A DNA stretch of 64,000 bases from Trichoplax adhaerens. Lineage: Eukaryota > Animalia > Placozoa. The notes beneath the pieces were generated by a model. That model was not told the origin of the DNA. It ran no database searches and saw only the letters and a list, made by a program, of their open reading frames with translations. Below are positions 49,971 to 64,000 of this stretch, piece by piece. How positions within the stretch are numbered: position 1 is the stretch's first letter; every line of letters begins with the position of its first letter. The position numbers and the translations under genes are program-made. Location: positions 62,001 through 126,000 of the forward strand of contig NW_002060954.1 in NCBI RefSeq assembly GCF_000150275.1. The letters are read 5' to 3'.

Positions 49971-51643
49971 GGACACAAATTTAATAATATCATACAGCTA
50001 CCATCCGGAAACTAATGAGGAAATTATCTGTTGTCAACTCTACGACCTTAATACGGAATAAGTTAATAGTCATTGAGGGCCCAAATGTCTGTTTGCTTGA
50101 CGTCAGCTAACTATTTAAATATTTACTCTATTTATAACCACTCACAAACGAAGAAAATTTGGCTCTTGGCACGGAAAGATTTTTAAATAAACAAGATACA
50201 GTACTGCTACCGAATTTTAACAGTTAATTAATTTTATGTTGAGTTGTACCGTACAATATAGCTACCTACTCGATCTACTTGATATTGATTTATGAGAACT
50301 CAAAATAGTTATAATTACATAATTTAACGACAATTATAATTACCTAACTTGTAGCAAGGAAAATATGATAGTTATTACCAGTATATATTATTAAAGCTTA
50401 GGATATCTACATAATCGCATCAAGTACGCAGACAAGACTACAACTGTGTATGCGTATGATCTAGATGTCGAAAACCTCTAAACAACAAAATACTGAACTC
50501 ATCATATCAGAAGGATTTCAGTGCCAATACGCATATAAAGGCTTTCTTGAAATAAAACCCTACATTTGTACGTGCATTAGATCATCGCTTTATTAGATTT
50601 GGGGTTAGTGTTAGATTGCTTCAAAAGATGTTCCAAATTCCTTAATTGTTCCATATTATTAACTGCAAATAAAGCTATACTATATCTAATGCAGGATAGC
50701 TTCGAGTAATAGCAGGAGTACTCTGATATTTGTGCTAAGAAATATATATTTAACAAAATGTATCAATCATGAAGATTTCATTACATAAAAAAATATATAA
50801 ATCCCCAAGTAAAAGGAGCATATAAAGATTTACTACACTACGTTTTAATAATCTGCGCATTATACAGAGCCGGACTAGCCCTGCGAAGACATTATTGTAT
50901 TGTACAGTGCTACAGATTGATCAGTCATCCAACTGAACAATAATATACTCGTATATACGCGTATATATTATATACTGTACGCCTTTCTTCCGTAGAGTTT
51001 ATTGCTATATAATATGATTATTAATTAATTGATCAAAATGAAAACTGTTAAATTGTATCAATGTATAATGTACACATTTATACCTGTACATGTGTGTATG
51101 AATAAGGGAATTTAATAGAGTACAGAATGTCTTCTACTTAAATTTTATAATTACAATAAAAATATAATTAAGGTGTTTCTAAAGCGATATTAGCACGATT
51201 GCGTTTAGAGAGTTACTCTAATGAACTTGTAATTCTACTGTATTGTAGGTAAACTACATAACACCGTATAAATTAATATACAATGGAATTAATTAATAGA
51301 TCCGAGATTCCATGCTGTACTGTATCTCAGTTACAATATCAATGGTACAGCTACATGCGGCTATAATCTCTGTACATCAAGTTAATAACGTCGTTCCTGC
51401 CATTAGAGCACTACCGTACTGTACACAAGGAAGGACTTTTTTCCTTTTCAATAGTCCCTAGTCCCTGCCGTACAGTACTGTAATCCTTAAATGTATGTTA
51501 ATGATATCTAATTTGTATAACAATAGAACAATTGTTTAAGCCTATTTGCAAGCGATCCTTCAAAACGCTAGCTGCGGAAGCGTTATACCAGTCTTCACCA
51601 AAGGAAGAAAGGCGTTTTCTAAAGTGTAATCAGACGCTTAAAA

Positions 51644-54600
51644 ATGTATAAAACTTGCGGAATTATCAAAATATTTTTTTCTCTTGGCTTAGCAACTTGT
51701 GCTATCCTAGGATGGAATGAACTACGCAATCTGCCACATGCTTGGAGCTCTTCAGCGCTTATTGATCCTTTTATGCTTGCCGTGATGGTAACAAGTCGAT
51801 ATATGACTACATAATTATTTTAATCAAACCTTTTCACGCGACCTACGCGATCATTAAAATTTGATTGATGCCCAGTTATTTCAAGTACTATTGAAATTAT
51901 AAATGCCTAAGCTCTTTACTTAAGTTATATGACTAATGTAAGATATCAGACTTTAAATTTTGCAGCTACCTAAGCAATAAAAATTGAGCAAGAGCCAACA
52001 GTCAGTCCCTTTTGAATTTAGGCGCAAACGAGTGTAGCATGATTACTATTTAAGCTAGTTGACGTACTGTACGCATGACATAGGAAAAATAATTTACTAC
52101 TAGCTGGAAGCTAGTTCTTTCAGTACTTCATCCATAATAAACGCTGCTAAATGAGCTTTTTGATGGCAGAAACATATATATGTAACATGTAGTACCAAAA
52201 TAATCAGAATTAAGCTTTTATTTAAAGAAAATTTCGGTTTTCTAAATATTCAGAAAGAAACTACTGACTACACGTATAAACTATAGATTGTAGTGAGGTG
52301 GCAATTAATAAATGCTTACTATAGTAGCTATAAAATTTACCGCGCTAAGAGAATGTATAATATTTGTATTATAACTGTGTATTATGTAATTATTAATATA
52401 TGGAATAGCAAATTTAATTGAGTCTAATAGGTTGAAACTAATTGAGCTTCATCACTATTCACGAAATGATTTTAGGCAATTACAGCTGGTTCACTATCAA
52501 TCAAATATGACAATGTTAACTCTGTACCGCTGGTAAGCAACTCAGATATATCAGCGTAGATAGTTCATATTGTAATGTACAGGACAATTAAATCTAGGAA
52601 ACCCATACGTTACTGCTGATGTTACATTGTGCTCATTTAACTAATTTAAGGACCATGGGTTCCGGTAGTTCTTCGGTCATTAAAGTCATTAATTTTGCTG
52701 TACTATATTGAATGTATGCGTATATTTATGCCGTAATCAAATTTGATATGGATTAATTAATTGATTAATTGTTTTTAACCATGTTTTACTTCATCTGCTC
52801 GTGACCTTAAAAATCTTCTATTTATACTTGCTTAGACGACTGGTTTAATAGCTTTCAGCATCTATGAGGCTACTTTTGCTGCTGTTAACATCTGCCGTGG
52901 AACTATTGCTTTCTATAAATCTGGGTCAAATTTCAAGCAATCTCCGCCTGTTTTATACGGATTTAACATGGGTTTTTCAATTTTCTTCTTTATCACTTCT
53001 TTGGCTGTGGCAACATTTAATGGTTTCAAGCTAGATAGCTTCAAAACAACTGAAATTAAAGACCCAAATTATCGATTCCCTATCAATCGTCGCCTTCAGA
53101 TCGCTGTCTTAATGCTGGTAAATTCACTTATCATGCATATCGTTGGATTCGTTTTGGTGGGAACAGTTCCTAAACACTACTCTTTACCTTTAAATTACCA
53201 GGGAGCAATGGTAAATATCTCACATCTATTGGATAATTAGATGAGTGAATTAGGTTTAGCAAATCATTATTTTATATGGATTTATTCTAATACGACTGCT
53301 CATTGTGCTGAACTTGTAACAATACCATAAATAACGATCTAATTTAACTTATTACAGTTAGAAGTCGCGGGAATTCTTGGGATATTAAGCTACGCAACAA
53401 ATCAAAAGAGTATTGTAAGTTAAATTTTAAATCATTTATTAGCTTAGCTACGATAATATATAATTCGAGCTTGAGATCTTAACAAATTTTAAGAATCTTT
53501 GAACTATAGTTTTAAAACATTTATCGTTATTGCAATATCAGGTAGCTTGGTTTAAAGTTAGCGCGATATTAGCGTCAATATCTGCTTTACTTACTGGCTT
53601 TGCTTCCGTTCATGATCGGCTATACATGCTAATGGGAAGCAGCCCTTCGAAACCTATGGGATCAAATATGCTAATTCTCATGATACTTCACGATGTTACA
53701 CCATACATTGGATTAGGCCTTTCGTTATTTGCTGCCTTTGCAGTTGATACCGAAACTGATACCAATGTTAATATTGAGAAGCAGCCCAAAACAGATAAGA
53801 ACTACTGCATTGGTAATTCCTCAATGATTTTTGCTAGCATTCAGCTTGGTTGCGCTGTTGCGATTTCGCCGATGTTCCCGTCGCCTTTTCATAGTTTCCT
53901 GAGTTTCGTCGTTGCTTCACTTGTAAGTGGATATGTAATAACAAGTTATATTTAATAATGTAATTTAGATATACCGTAGTTAATGTTCCTCTGCTGTATC
54001 GTAAATTTTACGACAAATTCCGAAGTACCATCCATTCTGTAAATATATCATTGCAACAGGAAGTATACACCACATAGGCGTCTTCAATTATAATCAATTG
54101 TTAACTAATCATGTAATTAAAATGTAGAAGATAATTTGGCAATTATAGTCATGACATTTTGTAGTATAAACATTTGTATGCAAAAATCAATTTTTTGGAA
54201 AGTCACGGAAAAATCAGCAAAAACCCCTTTTAATGTTAACGAAATCTACAAAGCTCTCTTATATTTGAATTGTACTTCATCAAGATTTGACTCGATATTT
54301 TTAGATTTGGATAAATTATTTTATTACGCCGATAAATGATACTCAACTCAATTATCTTATTATTTTAACTATGTGTCCATATACGTATTACAGTTATTTG
54401 CTTTAGGAATCTTAGCTCATCTATCCTCGAAAACAACATGCGAATCCTTAGTAAGTATTTTGGTTGTAGGGTTCATTAGATCAGTAACTTTGTTCCTAAG
54501 TGTTTATGCCATGCGTTGTGTTTCCACTCTTAGTCGTTAACGTTAGCACGAGGGACTTTGATACACTCCCCATAGTAAGCTTACTAAAAGTCTCTTTTAT

Positions 54601-55014
54601 TTAGGATTTACTACATTTAAATAGCATAGCCGTAATAACGTATTATACCCTCATCTTAGTAATTCATTACCTTATCTTATGCTAACACATTAGGTGCAGT
54701 ACAACAAGTTACTGTATTCTTACATACAGTACATAACACCATGCTAATGTGGTCTTTATGATCTTTCATTTTAATAGAGAGTAAGCACTTATTCATTCAC
54801 AATCCTGAGTATCTCCTCGGTATGTATCAATGTGATCGCCCTAACGGTTATCTATGTTGTCACCAATCCTTACGGTTCTGGGATACGAGGTATTGATTTG
54901 GCAATTCTAATCGTTGAGGTTATTAATGCAATCTTGTTTATGCTATTTGGTTCACGGGCAGCCGAATATAATCCTGTGACATACATTAGAGAAAGGAGTG
55001 GTACTGAAGTTTAA
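51644..55014 (+). CDS. Triple MS4A/CD20-like tetraspan-repeat membrane protein B (~435 aa, ~12 TM); exons 51644-51787, 52476-52532, 52836-53210, 53358-53414, 53542-53922, 54394-54450, 54778-55014
   Basis: All introns are phase 0 GT-AG. Three 57-nt micro-exons (AITAGSLSIKYDNVNSVPL, LEVAGILGILSYATNQKSI, LFALGILAHLSSKTTCESL). Exon-by-exon correspondence with protein A: LIDPFMLAVM vs LLDPGMLGIS; VAWFKV vs AIWFRV; exon 5 is 381 nt in both. Ends SGTEV*. Confidence 0.85.
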
Positions 55015-56339
55015 GATTTGGTCGTAATTCTGCTTCTGACATTCTATAGCTTAAATAGCTAATCTACAGTATGTTTAACTGGTTATAGCGTTTTTTTACC
55101 GTTTGAGTCACTTTATGTCTTAATGGTAACTGATCTTAGTGTGATCGATCTGTTAAATGTATGCTGTGCATTCATAATAGAATTAGAAATATACCATTAG
55201 AATCTTGTAATTTCGAAATAATTGCGGCGTGTATAGTGGCGAGGTTGCAATATGCGTACGTACAGTATTACAAACACAGAATTCAAAAGTTTTTTATGTA
55301 GCAACGTCAGGAGTTCGATAGAAATAAATAATATTTTGTGATTGTCGAAGTTCTGAATTTATTAAGTGTCAAATGATGAGTTTATTTACTCTATTATAAC
55401 CGTGATTGGCGACCGTAGACTGATGTAACGTGACTATGATCTGCCATCATAGCTCTGCAACCTCATCAGCAGCATATTTATCAAATCTCTAGAGATCGGT
55501 ATCATCAATATCATATAGTAGGAAAAGTCGAAACTGTTGCCTATCTTTCAACATTTGATAATGTAGTTACAGTACAGTACATTAGGTAACTAAATTTGAC
55601 TCCTTACATGCATTAGTTTTACAATTGCCTCAGAATTTGCTATTTTTAATTTGTAACAGCAGTCCTAAATGCTTTCAGCATTTCGATATGCATGTATAGC
55701 AGATCACCTTTACTAGTATTACAACCTACGTAAGATATTTTGTTGATACCTTTGTACATCGAAAAAATCCGTTTTTACAGTCTCCCTGGTCATATGACTA
55801 ACTCAAGAAATTGATGTAATCATAGATAGTAATTTTAGGTTCGATTTATGGTTTCGATGAGATTGATAGTCACATCCACACAACATTATTTTATCCCGGT
55901 TTAAGTCGCATTACACTTTATAAAGTATTCCGTTAATCTATAATCAAATTCATTCGGTGTAATGCTCATGCATCACCTATCATCTCCACTATTAGATGAA
56001 ATTTACTTTTTATTTAAGGCTATTAAGGCATTACAGTATCTTGTAAGTGAAATACTAACTTTATCAATAAAGAAGCAAAAGATGCACAATCAAAGTACAT
56101 GGTATTTAACGAATAGGCAAACTACCTACACAATTTTATCCTTAATGTACATCAGTTAAGCTAACAATTACTTTCAAATAATATCTAGATAAATGTTACG
56201 ACGGATATATCTTTACTGATACAGTATTAACACGACCTTCATGCAGTAGCATAAACAAGCAACACGGACATCGGAAATCGAAACATCAATTAAATTTCTC
56301 CCGCAGTCTGCATTATAGTATAATTACAACCAAATTGTT

Positions 56340-60202
<3,863 letters not shown>

Positions 60203-60384
60203 AGCCGCAGAATACGTACACCAGCAATTTATTAGGATTAGAACCTATACGAACCTGGACGCATGAAATTTAGGCCAACGTCACTGCTGACAGCCCGAAA
60301 AACACGATGGTATCACTCGAAGTAAGTACACTGTGATAGTGTGATCAATGATATGAATTTCGTTTGTTCAACTATACTAAAATT

Positions 60385-62312
60385 GAGTACTGTACTGTAC
60401 CGTAAGTTCACTGCAGTACTATACTGTACTGTACAGTACAGTACTCAGGAATCAAGAAGAAGTCAGTTGCAGTACTGTACAGTGTAGTACGCAACGTACT
60501 GTACAGTACACGTCTCTCAATACATACTGTACAGTATTTTTCTCCTGCTGTAAAGTACTGTACAGTACGTACTAGAAAGCTATCATTACACTGTACAGTA
60601 CGGTTAATCAATCAATTTCTTTAATGTACTGTACAGCACAGTACTATACGTACAGTACAGTACGTTAAAATCGAAAATTCTAGTAGATTACGAGGCTTTC
60701 AAAGGCTTTTTATGATATGAAAAAATTGACGAGTCTAGTTCGTATTGCACCTCTGTATCATTCAGTGTGCAGTACTGTACAGTACAGTAATGTAATGATA
60801 AACCTATTGTTAATTAAAGAATTCAAAACCGCCTATGGATGCACTGTACAGTACAATACTATCTATGTCGATCTACAGTACCTCTTCATGTTGAAGATAT
60901 GTTGATTGGGTTATTTTCCTTTCAAAATTTATCTTAATAAACATTTCTAGCGATTTCATTTCATTTTATAACTGCAAACTGTACAGTATGTACTGTACTG
61001 TACTGTATAATGTACAGTATATATACTGTACAGTACAGTACATTGTAGTAGGATAATACTGTACTATTGCATGACTACCGTATTGTTTTTTTTTACGGGA
61101 CAGTTTATGCAAAAATCGACTTTTCGTAATTAATCGATGACGTGCTAGACCAAGACTGTGCAGTACAGTATAGTACAGTATGTACTGTACTGTACTGCAG
61201 CGTGACCCTTTCACGAAATGCTGCTATACTGTACAGTACTTAGACTTGAGCCTGTACTGCATGCACTGTACACTGTACAGTAGGCTGTATTGCTGAAAAA
61301 CGAAACCTTACGCCGAGCGAATAATAATTTAGCTAAACTCTTCAAACTATCGACTATAAAAATTTTTACGAAATTATTTCAGCTAAAATCTAGCGAAGAC
61401 CAGGGGGAAGTCGAGGAAATTCGGATACCTTAATTAATCTAATTCTTTATAGTAGATAGCAATGGTATCGTACAGGATACGGATACAGTAAGTCCAGGTA
61501 CAGTTGTACGGTACAGCGCACGAAGGCCGCTTAGAAGTGTACTGTACTGTACGGTACAGAATATAGGCTACACTACTATAAACCATAGTTTTAGATTCAC
61601 GGTACGCCGAGTACCCTGTACTGTACAACTGTACCTGGATTTACTCTATCGTATACCGTATGATATCATTGCAATGAACTAATTTGAAGAATGAGATGGA
61701 GGCATCCGAATTTCTTCCACCTCACCTTAAAACAGTCTTCGCTAGATTTTAAACAAGGTAACATCCAAAAAGCAATCATTGTCGGTAGTTTGAAGAGTTG
61801 AGCTAGATAATCAGTCGCTCTGCGTGAAGTTTTGTACTGTACAGTACAGTATGTACTGCACAGTACAGTACATACAGTATGGTAGAAGTTACAGTCGGCA
61901 CTTATCTTTCGTCTGTCTGTAGTAACGTCAGTCATGACCAGGCCAGTCCTGTTTACTGTATTTTCGGCGTCTCCATAAAGTTATTTTCGGCAAACGCCGA
62001 AATTACCCATAACTTCGTTTACGTCACCACAATTTCGAATAAATTTTGTCCATCTAAATTATACTGACTACTAAGTAGTACTGTAGTCTACTGTTGAAGG
62101 TTTGCATTACTCAGCATAATGTAAATTATGTCGGACAGTACGTTATACTGTATTGCTGCGTCAACGACTTCCAAGAGAAATTCTGTACCCCAGGGAGCAA
62201 TCTATGAGTCATGACTTTACTGTACTGTACAGTACTGTATACGGTACGCCGTGCAATTGCAGGTTAACACTAATGTTAATGCAAGCACAGTACTGTACTG
62301 TACAGTACTGTA
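60385..62312. repeat. Extended CAGTA/TACTG array region upstream of UBE2D
   Basis: Several blocks of pentamer repeats over ~1.9 kb. Confidence 0.88.
61307..61829. mobile_element. ~520-bp fold-back / MITE-like long inverted repeat
   Basis: taaaatctagcgaagac (61384-61400) vs gtcttcgctagatttta (61735-61751); aactcttcaaacta vs tagtttgaagagtt; tccaggtacagttgtac vs gtacaactgtacctgga. Arms ~220 bp, loop ~75 nt. Confidence 0.8.
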
Positions 62313-64000
62313 AATGCGGCCTCCAGCGTACAAGCAACATGAAAGTAGCTAAAATTAATTGTAATCGTAAGGGAAAATTAACCATATGCCCCTATAATCG
62401 TAATTATCTATGCTATATAATGTAACTAGACTAGATAGTGCCAGCATAAAACATCTTCAATAGCATATATGTTATATGTGTATATACGCCCTGGTACACT
62501 GGTAAATAAATAATTAATATATAATAATACCGTACTGTATAACGCAAAAAAGTAAGCGATTTGCGCTAGTGAATAATGTCTTGCTGGTTAAAGTGATTGA
62601 AGATTGGTGATGGATGTTACGAAGATATCGTTAGAATTACAGTACAGTACTGTCCGTAGTACATTTATCTGAAGTATCATGAATGGGGAAATTCTATTAC
62701 TGTACTCTAGTTAGAATTCATCGAGGACTCTTTCTCAGCCTAATAAAAATACTACTGTATATCCACATACTGTACGAGTGTGCTAGTATTTTCAGTAATA
62801 ATTATATAATTCAGGTAATTTATTCATTGTTGCTGTTAGATACTTCCAGATCTAGCTGATACTCTGTTAATTTACTGCACTGACTTATAAAAATAACAAT
62901 TTGATTTGTGTTAGCTATCCAGCAGTATAAACCGGTTTAATTAACGAATACGGTATGTACGCATATTCGAAAAAATAGCTAGCTTTCTATATCATGATTA
63001 CATAGCTTTAGTTAAATGCTTTAAAATTACCAGTTAAATCAGATAGCTGATAATACTCCAGGTTTATCCTCAGAAGAACTTTGAGTCTGTGACCCGAATA
63101 TAATTATCGTGATTTGCTTGATTGATCGTCTAATCAGTTTTAATTCACTTTGTAGTAATTACGGCACAGAAAGACATAATTCCACATATGCATTCATCGA
63201 TACAAAATAATATTGTTTTGCTAAAGTTTTTACGTACGTACGGTAAAATCATTACTACAAGCGACTTCATAGCTTATCTTCCTGATCAATTTGGCTGAAT
63301 TAGCTCATTTAGTTACTCAATTATGTTTTAATAAGCAAGAGATAGTCACGCTTAATCGACCCAGATTGTGTCTAAAACGAGGAACGATGAAAGAATACAA
63401 TATATAGAAGAGTAAATAAGCGTTGTAGCGCTTTATTAGTCAAGATCATGTTAGATAGATGTAGTAGAGTTGAGTCATTTAATTTTCTTCAGAGAAGTAG
63501 GGCATAGAGCCAATGATGTCAGGTTATCTGTTTTAAATTATACGAATACGCTATGAGTTAATTTTAGGTCACAATAAGCTTATTTAAGGCCATACATTCA
63601 AGCATGCTCTTTTTGCTTCTATTACAGTTCTGAGTTCTGTACTCCTATGTACGCGTCTTTTGCGTACTGATAGTTATAATTATTGAATACGGTTAACTTT
63701 CGATAGTTATCATTTCTCCCATGTACACATCGTACGTATGAATACGTGCAAGATGTACAGTATGGTAAACGTTAACTTCTTTAACCACCATATTCGTATA
63801 TCTAAAATCCGTGCTACCGTATTTGATATCGTGATAATTTTATAGTATACACGTATATCTACTATTTTTTCGCTTTATGTGAGTTACAGCATAACCCTTT
63901 CTTTAAATATGAAAATGAAACCGTAATATCGATGCTGCAGAGTTTATACGCACGCCGTTGTTTGAGGAAATTTGATTAATAAATTACAAATATATGAATT

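Noticed and set aside
61307-61829. Strand-biased G:U wobble as evidence of selected RNA structure in the long hairpins
   Set aside because: Manual tallies of transitions were roughly balanced between strands in both hairpins.
62313-64000. Gene divergent from UBE2D at the window end
   Set aside because: No recognisable coding exon found; it may hold 5' UTR or intron sequence of a gene outside the window.

Overview
AT-rich, gene-dense, intron-rich animal genomic DNA. The short GT-AG introns, compact layout and abundant CAGTA/TACTG repeats suggest a placozoan (Trichoplax-like); this is an inference. I reconstructed 12 spliced protein-coding genes by hand: CaMKII (+), 4E-BP (+), erlin (-), OSTC/DC2 (+), FBXW7 (-), CNOT6/CCR4 (+), a small TGN46/C5orf15-like type I membrane protein (-), a motor-less myosin-IX-tail-like RhoGAP (+), RUVBL1 (+), a head-to-head pair of paralogous ~12-TM proteins (- and +), and UBE2D (-). 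The most striking item is that pair: each protein is three tandem MS4A/CD20-like tetraspan units, each unit carries its own 57-nt phase-0 micro-exon, and the two proteins have different signalling tails. Non-coding highlights: CAGTA/TACTG arrays at the 5' end of every conserved housekeeping gene, two 520-670 bp fold-back inverted repeats, several small hairpins, two Helitron-type 3' ends, and short tandem duplications. Many ORFs in the supplied track (STVQY/CTVLY-rich) are repeat artefacts. Family assignments rest on recalled motifs, not database searches.
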